A stretch of DNA of 51,148 nucleotides from Caulobacterales bacterium (GCA_027312185.1 DAICXL010000001.1:1-51148), one strand, 5' to 3'; counted from the first letter of the stretch, positions 17,983-26,224 are shown. Made by a program: numbers and translations. The notes: generated by a model not told the origin, from the sequence alone.

Positions 17983-18003
17983 TAGGAATTTTATTGATTC
18001 CTA
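17983..18003. promoter_or_regulatory. Candidate LysR-type operator: TAGGAAT-tttattg-ATTCCTA
   Basis: Perfect 7-7-7 dyad, 41-61 bp upstream of the LysR start codon, in the divergent LysR / ammonia-lyase-like spacer. Confidence 0.4.
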
Positions 18004-18246
18004 CCGGGCTCGTAGATTGGGGTCGGGGGCCGGCGAACGCAACGCGGTCCGCACCCTGGGATATCCTGGAGCCAAGGTGAGATCAGGCGCTGCGGCAAAA
18101 GAGGGCAGGACGTCGGCCATGACGAGCCAGGGCGCCCATGGATTCGGCCCAGATAAGCGCTACGCGGCCGCGGTCGGAGATCTCGCTGGCGAGCGCCACG
18201 GCGGCGGCCGATCTTCAGCTTCGCGATCTAACCAGATTTGGCCGAG

Positions 18247-19725
18247 ATGACCGTTTCCCTCAATACGCGCCAGGACATCAATCTGGACGCCCTCTACAGG
18301 GTGGCGTGGCAGGGCGAGGGCGTTCACCTGTCTCAAACCGTGCTTGGCCGCATCACGGCTTCCCGCCAGTCGTTCCTCGACCTGATCGACAACGACCCCA
18401 ACGTCGTCATCTACGGCGTCACTACAGCCATGGGCGAGTTCGCCAGCCTGCGCCTCTCCCATGAACAGCGCGACCGGCACTCCCGCATCAAACCCTTCCC
18501 CGCCGCGACCTCCTTCGGTGAAGACCTGCCCGAGCGCGTGGTCCGCGGCATGGTGCTGGCGCGGCTGGCCAATTTCATCGAGGGCCATGCCGCCACCTCG
18601 CCGCGCATCGCCATGGCCGTCGCCGGCATGCTGGACGGCGGCGCGCCCATGCCCCGGATCGCGTCCTGGGGTCACGGCGGCGCCGGCGAGATCCAGGCCC
18701 TCTATCCCCTCTTCGCAGAGCTCTCGACCCGGTTCGAGCTCGAAGTCCGCGAACGCGGCTCGCTGATCAACGGCTCGCCCTGCGCCGCCGCCCTGGTCGG
18801 CGACGCGGCCCTGGCGGCCCGGCGGCGCTATCAGACGGCGCTGAAGACCTTCGCCCTGTCCATCGAGGCCTTCCGCGCGCCCCTGGAGCACTACGACGCC
18901 GCGCTCGAGGGCCTGTGGGGCGACCCGAACGAGGCCGCCGCCCTGCGGGGCCTGCGCGAACTGCTGGTCGGCGCCGGCGACGGACGGCGCAACTACCAGG
19001 CTCCGGTCAGCTACCGCATCGCCCCCAAGGTGCTGGGTCAGGCCCACCGCGCCATGGTTCAGGCCGAACAGGCGGCGACGGTCTCCCTGTCCTCGATCTC
19101 CGACAATCCGGTGTATCTGCCGCCCGACAAGGAGCATCCGCTCGGCCGCTGCATCTCGACCGGCGGCTACCATAACGCCCTGGCCGCCCCGGCCCTGGAT
19201 GACCTCGCCGCCGTCTGGGCCGACCTGTGCCAGCTCTCCATGCGCCATTGCGTCAAGCTGCTCGACGGGCGCGCCTCGCACATGCCCGACATGCTGCTGG
19301 TCGGCAGAGAGCCGGGCGACAGCGACGGGCGCGGCAACGTCGGCTATCTGCCCTGGGCCATCGCCGGCTACATCGAGCAGGCCAAGGCCGCCGCCCAGAC
19401 CACCTTCATCCCCTCGACCGACACCGGCGGCGCCGGCCAGGACGACGTGGCGCCTCCCGCCTTCCTGGCCTTCACCAAGGAAGCGACCGCCGCCCGCTGC
19501 GTGGACGCCTCGCTGGCCATGCTGGCCGTGATCGCCGCCCAGGCCCTGCACATCACGAACCGCCAAGCCCCGCCGGCGCTGCGCGGCTTCATGGACATGA
19601 TCCACGGCGTTGTCCGCCCGGTCGTCGAGGACCGCGTCCTCGGCCCCGAACTGGCCAAACTCGCTCAAGTCTTCACCGACGAGGCCTTCGCCGCGGACCG
19701 GCCGCTGGAACAGGCGGTCGCCTAG
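18247..19725 (+). CDS. Aromatic amino acid ammonia-lyase (HAL/PAL/TAL) family homolog lacking the Ala-Ser-Gly MIO triad
   Basis: Family motifs: YGVTTAMGEF (cf. YGxNTGFG), SLINGSP (cf. LLNGT), QAPVSYRIAPKVLG (cf. QDPYSLRCxPQVxG), SDNPV, TGGYHNA (cf. GGNFHAEP). The triad position reads G-A-G (nt 18679-18687). The longest ORF starts at TTG 18238; the first ATG is 18247. Confidence 0.8.
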   Translation: MTVSLNTRQDINLDALYRVAWQGEGVHLSQTVLGRITASRQSFLDLIDNDPNVVIYGVTTAMGEFASLRLSHEQRDRHSRIKPFPAATSFGEDLPERVVRGMVLARLANFIEGHAATSPRIAMAVAGMLDGGAPMPRIASWGHGGAGEIQALYPLFAELSTRFELEVRERGSLINGSPCAAALVGDAALAARRRYQTALKTFALSIEAFRAPLEHYDAALEGLWGDPNEAAALRGLRELLVGAGDGRRNYQAPVSYRIAPKVLGQAHRAMVQAEQAATVSLSSISDNPVYLPPDKEHPLGRCISTGGYHNALAAPALDDLAAVWADLCQLSMRHCVKLLDGRASHMPDMLLVGREPGDSDGRGNVGYLPWAIAGYIEQAKAAAQTTFIPSTDTGGAGQDDVAPPAFLAFTKEATAARCVDASLAMLAVIAAQALHITNRQAPPALRGFMDMIHGVVRPVVEDRVLGPELAKLAQVFTDEAFAADRPLEQAVA

Positions 19726-19733
19726 GTCCCCTC

Positions 19734-19758
19734 ATCCCTCCCCATGAATGGGAGGGAT
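19734..19758. terminator. Hairpin between convergent genes (ATCCCTCCC-catgaat-GGGAGGGAT)
   Basis: A 9-bp perfect stem in the 39-bp spacer between stop 19725 (+) and stop 19765 (-). No U-tract. Confidence 0.3.
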
Positions 19759-19764
19759 AGGAGG

Positions 19765-21729
19765 CTACAACTCCCCCACCGGAATGTGGCACCGGATCTC
19801 GTGTCCCGGCTCAGCCCCCGGCAGCATCGGCGGCTCCTGCTGCTCGCAGATCGGGCCCAGCTTCCTCGGACACCGTGTGTGGAAGACGCATCCGCCGGGC
19901 AAGTCGATAGCGCTGGGGATCTCGCCCTCCAGCCGCACCCGCGCGGCTGTGCCCTCCAGCGACGGGGCGGCCGACAGCAGGGCGGCGGTGTAGGGGTGGT
20001 GCGGGCCTGAGAACACCCGCTCGGACGGCCCGGTCTCCATCAGCCGGCCGAGATAGAGGACGGCGATGCGGTCCGACAGGTAGCGCACCGTCGCCAGGTC
20101 GTGGCTGATGAACAGATAGGCGACGCCCTCGCGCGCCTGCAGCTCGGCCAGCAAATTGAGGATCGCGGCCTGCACCGACACGTCGAGGGCCGAGGTCGGC
20201 TCGTCACAGACCACGATGCGCGGCCCGCCCGCGAAGGCCCGCGCAATGGCGACGCGCTGCTTCAGCCCGCCGGACAGCTGGGTCGCCCGCCGCTCCAGAT
20301 AGCGATCGGCGAGCTGGACCGAGCGGGTCAGGGCCAACAGCCGGGCGGGCAACTCCGCCCTGGGAACCCCGCCCAGCCGGGCCATCACCCGGCCGATCAG
20401 GCGGCGCACGCTGTGCGACCGGTTCAGCGCCGAGTCCGGGTTCTGGAAGACGATCTGCAGAGCCTTGAGCTGATCGCGCCGCCGTTTGGGGCCGAGAGCC
20501 TGGCCGTCCAGCTCCAGCAGGCCGCCTGGATCGGGAGCGACGAGGCCCAGGAGCAGCCGCGCCAGGGTGGTCTTGCCGCTGCCGGATTCCCCGACCAGCC
20601 CCAGGGTCTCGCCCGCCCGCAGGTCGAACGAAACCTCGTGCACGGCGCGGACGGGGCGCCCCGCGCCGCCGAAAGTCTTCGACAGCCGCGCCTTCAGGAT
20701 CGGCGCGCCCCGCTGGAACGGGACCGCCAGGTCGGCAGGGGTGGCGCGCGGCGTGGTCGGGGCCAGCTCCGGATAGTGGCAGCGGCTCAGCCGGCCTGCG
20801 CCCAGGTCGTGCAAGGGCGGCGGCTGGGTGCGGCAGAGGTCCGTGGCCAGGCCGCAGCGCGGGGCGAAGACGCAAGGGGAAACCGCCTCCCCCGCCGCCG
20901 GGGGAAAGCCCGGAATGGTGTCGAGCCGGCCGTGGTCCTTGCGGGCGCCGGGCCGCACCAGGCAGCGCATCAGAAGGGCGGTGTAGGGATGGCGCGGGCT
21001 GGCGAAGACTTCGCGCGTCGGCCCCTCCTCGACCAGGGTCCCGGCGTAGAGCACGCCGACGCGGTCGCACATGGCCGCCACCACCGCGAGGTTGTGGCTG
21101 ATGAACAGCAGGGCCATCCCGCGCTCGGCGCGGATGTCGGCCACCAGCTCCAGGATCTCGGCCTCGACCGTGGCGTCGAGGCCCGTGGTCGGCTCGTCGA
21201 GGATCAGCAGCTTCGATTCGGTCGCCAGGGCCATGGCGATGGCCACCCGCTGCTGCATGCCGCCGGACAGCAGGTGGGGATAGCGGTCGGCCACGGCGGC
21301 AGGGTCGGCGATCCGCACCCGGGCCAGCATCGCCACCGCCCGCGCCATGGCCTCGGCCGGCGCCAGGCCCTGCAGGCGGAAGATCTCGGCGATCTGCTCT
21401 CCGACCCGGATCGACGGGTTCAGCGCCCGGCCCGGGTCCTGATAGACCATCGAGACGTCCGTGGCCCGCAGACGGCGCAACCCCTCGGGGTCGAGGTCGT
21501 AGAGGTCGCGCCCCCCGACCAGGACCCGCCCGTCCGTCACCCGGCCGTTGGGCGGCAGATAGCGTACCGCCGCCAGGGCGACGCTCGACTTGCCCGAGCC
21601 GGATTCCCCGACCAGGCCATAGGACTCTCCGGCCGCGATGCTCAGGCTCAGCCCCCGCAGCACGGGCAGGTCCCGGCCGCGGACCCGGTAGGCGAGCTCC
21701 AGCGCCTCGAGCGACAGCGCCGCCGTCAT
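19765..21729 (-). CDS. ABC transporter ATP-binding protein, fused double ATPase (DppD/DppF-like)
   Basis: Two Walker A motifs (GESGSGKS, GESGSGKT), two LSGG signatures (LLSGGMQQRV, LSGGLKQRV) and two Walker B motifs (LLILDEPT, IVVCDEPT). ATG 21729 overlaps the upstream permease stop (ATGA). Confidence 0.85.
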   Translation of the reverse strand: MTAALSLEALELAYRVRGRDLPVLRGLSLSIAAGESYGLVGESGSGKSSVALAAVRYLPPNGRVTDGRVLVGGRDLYDLDPEGLRRLRATDVSMVYQDPGRALNPSIRVGEQIAEIFRLQGLAPAEAMARAVAMLARVRIADPAAVADRYPHLLSGGMQQRVAIAMALATESKLLILDEPTTGLDATVEAEILELVADIRAERGMALLFISHNLAVVAAMCDRVGVLYAGTLVEEGPTREVFASPRHPYTALLMRCLVRPGARKDHGRLDTIPGFPPAAGEAVSPCVFAPRCGLATDLCRTQPPPLHDLGAGRLSRCHYPELAPTTPRATPADLAVPFQRGAPILKARLSKTFGGAGRPVRAVHEVSFDLRAGETLGLVGESGSGKTTLARLLLGLVAPDPGGLLELDGQALGPKRRRDQLKALQIVFQNPDSALNRSHSVRRLIGRVMARLGGVPRAELPARLLALTRSVQLADRYLERRATQLSGGLKQRVAIARAFAGGPRIVVCDEPTSALDVSVQAAILNLLAELQAREGVAYLFISHDLATVRYLSDRIAVLYLGRLMETGPSERVFSGPHHPYTAALLSAAPSLEGTAARVRLEGEIPSAIDLPGGCVFHTRCPRKLGPICEQQEPPMLPGAEPGHEIRCHIPVGEL

Positions 21730-22556
21730 GACGCCAGGGCCTCCTGCACCCCGTCGGCGACGAGGTTGACCCCGATCACCAGCGAGGCGATCGCCGCGGC
21801 GTTGGCCAGCACGATCCACCATACCCCGCCGCTGAGCAGCCCGTAGTTCTCCGAGATGGCCAGGCCCCAGTCCGGAGAGGGCGGCTGGATGCCGAAGCCC
21901 ATGAAGCTGAGCGTCGCCACCGTGAAGACGGCGTAGCCGAGGCGCACCGTGGCCTCGACCAGGATCGGCGGGACGATGTTGGGCAGGATCTCGACGAACA
22001 GGATGTAACCGCCCCCCTCGCCCCGCAAACGGGCGGCGGCGACGTAGTCGAGGGCGCTTTCGGTCAGGACGGCGGCGCGGACGGTGCGCGCGATCAAGGG
22101 CGCGTAGATGACGCCGATCACCACGATCACCGTCGCGGTCGAGGGGCCGAGCGCCGCCAAGGCCAGCAGGGCGATGATCACCATCGGCAGGGCCAAAAGG
22201 GCGTCGATCACGCGGCTGACCGTCGCGTCGGCAAAGCCGCGGAAATAGCCGGTCACCAGGCCCAGGATCACGCCGCCCGCCACGCCGACCGCCGTGGCCA
22301 GGGGCGCGACCACCAGGATGTCCCGCGCGCCGACGATGACACGGCTGAACACGTCGCGGCCGAGCTGGTCGGTCCCGAACCAGTGCCCTCCCGACGGCGG
22401 GGCGAGGGCGGCGATGATGTCGGTCGCCAAGGGGTCGTGAGGGACCAGCATCGGCCCGAACAGGGCGCAGCCGATCCAGAACAGGATGATCGCCGCCCCC
22501 GCGACGACGGTCTTGGACCGCAGCAGTTGCTGAAGCCGCTCGCGCCCAGGGCTCAC
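21726..22556 (-). CDS. ABC transporter permease (DppC/OppC-like)
   Basis: GTG 22556 overlaps the stop of the upstream permease (GTGA). Motifs HWFGTDQLGRDVFSRV and the EAA-loop region AAARLRGEGGGYILFVEILPN are present. Confidence 0.85.
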   Translation of the reverse strand: MSPGRERLQQLLRSKTVVAGAAIILFWIGCALFGPMLVPHDPLATDIIAALAPPSGGHWFGTDQLGRDVFSRVIVGARDILVVAPLATAVGVAGGVILGLVTGYFRGFADATVSRVIDALLALPMVIIALLALAALGPSTATVIVVIGVIYAPLIARTVRAAVLTESALDYVAAARLRGEGGGYILFVEILPNIVPPILVEATVRLGYAVFTVATLSFMGFGIQPPSPDWGLAISENYGLLSGGVWWIVLANAAAIASLVIGVNLVADGVQEALAS

Positions 22557-23515
22557 GCGCCCGCTCCGTGGCGGATGCGCGGGTTCAGCCAGGCCGACAG
22601 CACGTCGGCCACCAGGGCGGCGGCGGCGTAGATCAGCCCCACCGTCAGCACCCCGGCCTGGAGGACCGGGAAGTCCTTCTGCTGGGCCGCCTTGAAGATC
22701 AGGCTGCCGATGCCCTGGTAGCGGAACAGGATCTCGATCACGACCAAGCCCCCGATCAGGGTGCCGAGCTGGGTGGCGATGACGGTGATGGTGGGCAGCA
22801 GGGCGTTGCGCAGCACGTGGCGCCAGATCACGGCCTGGCGCGGCAGGCCCTTGAGCACGGCGGTGCGGGTGTAGTCGGCCGCCAGCACGTCCAGCACCCC
22901 GGCCCGCACCATCCGCGCCAGATAGCCGAACAGGGCCAGCACCAGCGGCAGGGACGGCAGAAGCAGGTAGCGCAGTTGCGTCAGGGGCCCGGCGCCGGGG
23001 GGCCAGTCGGCGCTGATCGGCAGCACCTTCAGCCACACCCCGAAGATCAGGATCAGCACGATGCCGGTGACGAACTCCGGCAGCACCGTCGCCGACAGGC
23101 CGACCAGGCTGACGACGCGGTCGACGGCCCGCCCCGCATGCAGCGCCGCCCACACCCCGGCGGCGATGCTGAGCGGCACGACCAGCACGAAGGCGACGGC
23201 GCCGAGCTTCAGGGAATGGCCGAGGGCCGCGGCGATGATCGGCCCGACCGGCGTGCGGAAGGCGTAGGACACCCCCATATCGCCGCGTACGAAGCCGCCG
23301 ATCCAGTCCAGGTATTGGGTCAGCAGCGGCCGATCGAGGCCGTACTGCTGGTTGAACGTATCGACCGCGCGCTGATCGGCCAGCGGCCCCAGCATGGCGC
23401 GGGCCGCGTCCCCGGGCAGCAGCTGGCCGCCGACGAAGACGATGACGCTGAGCAGCCACAGGGTGACCAGGGTCAGGCCGAGCCGCTTGAGGAGGATGCC
23501 GAAAAAGCCCGTCAT
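22553..23515 (-). CDS. ABC transporter permease (DppB/OppB-like)
   Basis: N-terminus ILLKRLGLTLVTLWLLSVIVF and EAA-loop YTRTAVLKGLPRQAVIWRHVLRNALLP. 320 aa. Confidence 0.85.
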   Translation of the reverse strand: MTGFFGILLKRLGLTLVTLWLLSVIVFVGGQLLPGDAARAMLGPLADQRAVDTFNQQYGLDRPLLTQYLDWIGGFVRGDMGVSYAFRTPVGPIIAAALGHSLKLGAVAFVLVVPLSIAAGVWAALHAGRAVDRVVSLVGLSATVLPEFVTGIVLILIFGVWLKVLPISADWPPGAGPLTQLRYLLLPSLPLVLALFGYLARMVRAGVLDVLAADYTRTAVLKGLPRQAVIWRHVLRNALLPTITVIATQLGTLIGGLVVIEILFRYQGIGSLIFKAAQQKDFPVLQAGVLTVGLIYAAAALVADVLSAWLNPRIRHGAGA

Positions 23516-23646
23516 CCTCGGGCGGAGGCGCGAAGCGCCGCAGACCCGAGGACCCAGCAGCTCCCGCCCTGTCCGTTTCGCAACCCAGCTTCACCGTGGA
23601 GCTTGCTGGGTCCTCGGGTCTTCGCTGCGCTACGCCCGAGGATGAC
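23511..23646. repeat. 136-bp imperfect palindromic (REP/MITE-like) element inside the ABC operon
   Basis: Outer arms gtcatcctcgggcg (23511-23524) and cgcccgaggatgac (23633-23646) are perfect 14-mers. Inner arms acccgaggacccagcagctc (23544-23563) and gagcttgctgggtcctcgggt (23599-23619) pair over 20 bp with one bulge. The left outer arm contains the permease start codon (23515-23513). Confidence 0.6.
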
Positions 23647-23667
23647 GGAGTTGGGGTGCGCCATATC

Positions 23668-24507
23668 TCAGTAGTACCCGTGGGACGAGGCCGAGATGGG
23701 CCTCCCCTGCTCCACCCCGTCGATCACCACCTTGTCGACGAACTCGTCGTAGAAGCTGACCAGCCCCTTGATGCGGGCCGCCTCGTGCACCGGGTCGGGG
23801 TAGTACCAGACCACGTTCTCGTGCCGCTTCCCGCCGACCTCGAGGTGATAGTAGCTGGCGATCCCCTTGTAGGGGCAGCGCGAGATGTAGCGGCTGGGCC
23901 GGAACATATCGAGCCGGGTGTCGGCGATCGGCATATAGATGCGGGTGTTCAGCCCGGTCTCGAACAGGAAGGTGGCGCGGCGGGTGTCGGCCACCTTCTC
24001 GCCGCCCAAATAGACCTCGACATGCCGCGAGGACGGCAGGGTGTCGATGCGCCGGTACGGATCGCGGGCGTGGACGAAGACCTCCTCGTCCTCCTCGTAC
24101 CAGTGGTTCATCTTGTTCCAGTAGAAGGCCATGTAGCCCTCGATCGGCGGGCAGCCCTCCACCGGCTCCAGATAGCGCCAGCCGGCGTCCTCCACGAGGG
24201 TGACGCCTGTGTTCAGGGAGTAGTGCGTGGCGACGCCCTTGAACGGCGACTCCGTCTTGGTCGAGGAGCTCATCAGGAACTCCTCGCGCACGTCCTTCAT
24301 CGGGAAATAGTACACCGGCAGGTGATCGGACTCGTACATGACGAGCCCTTCGATGGTGTCGGCGACGAAGATGTCGCCCACCTTGATGCGCAGCCGCTTG
24401 GGGCTCGGCATCATGAAGACGACATAGCCCGGCTCGGCCTCGTACTGCACGACGCGGTCGAGAATGGGGAAGTGCGGCCCGCGGCCGCGCAGGTGGGCTT
24501 TGCGCAT
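23668..24507 (-). CDS. Tandem DUF427 domain protein (two DUF427 repeats)
   Basis: Repeat 2: SSRHVEVYLGGEKVADTRRATFLFETGLNTRIYMPIADTRLDMF...CPYKGIASYY...GLVSFYDEFVDKVVIDG. Repeat 1: KRLRIKVGDIFVADT...LPVYYFPMKDV...SPFKGVATHY...YMAFYWNKMNHWYEEDEEVF. The start lies 2 nt after the binding-protein stop. Confidence 0.7.
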   Translation of the reverse strand: MRKAHLRGRGPHFPILDRVVQYEAEPGYVVFMMPSPKRLRIKVGDIFVADTIEGLVMYESDHLPVYYFPMKDVREEFLMSSSTKTESPFKGVATHYSLNTGVTLVEDAGWRYLEPVEGCPPIEGYMAFYWNKMNHWYEEDEEVFVHARDPYRRIDTLPSSRHVEVYLGGEKVADTRRATFLFETGLNTRIYMPIADTRLDMFRPSRYISRCPYKGIASYYHLEVGGKRHENVVWYYPDPVHEAARIKGLVSFYDEFVDKVVIDGVEQGRPISASSHGYY

Positions 24508-24509
24508 GG

Positions 24510-26168
24510 TCAGCTCCGGGTGACGCGGTCGAGCAGGAGGCCGGCGGCGATGGGCGGCAGGCCGGTGATCCCCTTGCGCACGGGCACGAGCAGGTTGGGG
24601 AAATAGCTGATGATCACCGGCGTCTCGTCCAGCAGCAGCCGCTGGATGTCGCCCGCTGCGGCGCGCTGGGCCGCTGGATCGAGGGCGCGGGTGTAGCGCG
24701 CCACCAGGGCGTCATAGGCAGGGCTCTTGAAGTGGGCCGCGTTCCAGGCCCCGTCGCTGCGCAGGGGATTGCCGAGGGCGACGTCCGGCGTGGCCCGGTG
24801 GGCGTAATCGGTGATGCCGAATTCGCTGTCCAGCCAGTCGGACTGGCCGGGGACCGACTTGCCATAGTACTGGCCCTGGCTCTCCACCTTCAGGGCGATG
24901 CGCACGCCGATGGCCTTGGCCTGGTCCTGGATCAGCTGGGCGTACTGGGCGATGTCCGAGTACTGCATCGCCGTCAGGGTCACGTCGAAGCCGCCGGCCT
25001 TGCCGGCGTCGGCCATCAGCTGCCTGGCCTTGGCGATATCCTGGGTCCGCTGCGGCACGGCCGGGTCGGTGGACGGGTAGAACGACCCGAACGGGCTGTC
25101 GTTTCCGATGGTCGCCATGCCGTGGCACAGGCCGTCCACCAGAGTCTTGCGGTCAAGACACAGGGCCAGCGCCTGGCGCACCCGCTTGTCGGCGAAGGGG
25201 CCCGTGTCGCACTTCATGTGCACCTGGCGATGGCTGGCCGACTGCACGCGGATCAGCTCGATGGCGGGATTGCGCTGCAGGCTGGGGGCCAGGACGATCG
25301 GCACGGCGTCGAGGATATCGACCTCGCCCGCCTGCAGGGCGAGCAGGCGCGGCTGCGGCTCGGCGTAGAACTTGAACTCGATGCGGTCCGGCAGGGCCTT
25401 GTCGCCCCAGTACTCCGGGTTGCGCACCAGGCTGGCCCCGACCCGCGGCCGGTACGCCTCCATCCGGAACGGGCCGGTTCCGATGAAGCTGGCCTCATAG
25501 TTCCCGGCGTATGTCGCCGGCAGGATCACCGCATTGTAGTTGTCGATCGACACCGCGTACGGGAAGTTCCCGTTCGGGGCGTCGAGGTGGAAGGCCACCG
25601 TATAGTCGTCGACCTTGCGGCACCCGCCCTTGGACAGGACGCCCTTGAACACCGACAGGGCGTTGGATCCACCCTTGGGGTCCGACAGCCGATCGAAGGT
25701 GGCGACCACGTCGGCGGCTGTCATCACCTGGCCGTCGTGGAACTTCACCCCCCTGCGCAGCTTGAAGGTCCACACCGATCCGTCGGTGTTGGGGCTCCAG
25801 CTCTCGGCCAGCACCGGCTTGAGGGTCAGGTCCGGCTGGGTGACGCAGAGGAATTCGGCGGTCTGGAAGAACAGCTGGTAGCTGCCGCTGTCGTGGACCG
25901 TGACCGGATCGACGGCGCCGACCGGCACGGCGATCCCAGCGGTGATGGTCCCGCCCGGCTTGCCGCCCTGGGGGGCCGCCGCCTGCTGGGGCCCGTCGCC
26001 GCACGCCGCCAGCCCGCCCAGCAACGGCAGGCCGAGGCCGAGGACGCTGCCCGCGCGCAGGAAGGCGCGGCGGTCGAGCCGGCCGCTCAGCCACTCGTCG
26101 ACGAGGGCGTTCCCCGCCCCGCCCAGCCCGGCCCGGGCGCCGTCGATCAGCCTGTGGTCAGCGCCCAT
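24510..26168 (-). CDS. ABC transporter substrate-binding protein, family 5 (DppA/OppA-like), TAT-exported
   Basis: Twin-arginine signal LDRRAFLRAGSVLGLGLPLLGGLAACG. 552 aa. It is the first gene of the minus-strand operon 26168->19765. Confidence 0.85.
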   Translation of the reverse strand: MGADHRLIDGARAGLGGAGNALVDEWLSGRLDRRAFLRAGSVLGLGLPLLGGLAACGDGPQQAAAPQGGKPGGTITAGIAVPVGAVDPVTVHDSGSYQLFFQTAEFLCVTQPDLTLKPVLAESWSPNTDGSVWTFKLRRGVKFHDGQVMTAADVVATFDRLSDPKGGSNALSVFKGVLSKGGCRKVDDYTVAFHLDAPNGNFPYAVSIDNYNAVILPATYAGNYEASFIGTGPFRMEAYRPRVGASLVRNPEYWGDKALPDRIEFKFYAEPQPRLLALQAGEVDILDAVPIVLAPSLQRNPAIELIRVQSASHRQVHMKCDTGPFADKRVRQALALCLDRKTLVDGLCHGMATIGNDSPFGSFYPSTDPAVPQRTQDIAKARQLMADAGKAGGFDVTLTAMQYSDIAQYAQLIQDQAKAIGVRIALKVESQGQYYGKSVPGQSDWLDSEFGITDYAHRATPDVALGNPLRSDGAWNAAHFKSPAYDALVARYTRALDPAAQRAAAGDIQRLLLDETPVIISYFPNLLVPVRKGITGLPPIAAGLLLDRVTRS

Positions 26169-26212
26169 GTGCAGCTCGCTTGGGATGGGGACGGCGCAAG
26201 CCTTGGACGGCT

Positions 26213-26224
26213 TTGTCTAGACAA
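26213..26224. promoter_or_regulatory. Candidate operator: perfect 12-bp palindrome TTGTCTAGACAA (GntR/HutC-type half-sites)
   Basis: Lies 45-56 bp upstream of the binding-protein start codon. The core GTcTAgAC fits the GT-N-TA-N-AC pattern described for HutC-subfamily GntR operators. Confidence 0.35.

Noticed and set aside
18019-18060. ZTP (pfl)-riboswitch-like string GGGGTCGGGGGCCGGCGAAC ... CCGCACCCTGGG upstream of the lyase-like gene.
   Set aside because: The resemblance is superficial. The 3' CCGCCUGGGC pseudoknot element is interrupted (CCGCACCCUGGG), the spacing between sub-domains is too short, and the downstream gene is unrelated to purine or folate metabolism. A covariance-model scan would be needed to revive it.
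17966-18250. ORF 17966-18250 (+, 94 aa) as an upstream peptide or leader gene for the lyase-like CDS.
   Set aside because: It starts inside the AT-rich operator region without an RBS. Its translation is Gly/Ala/Arg/Ser-rich without structure-like periodicity. It remains possible only as a leader element.
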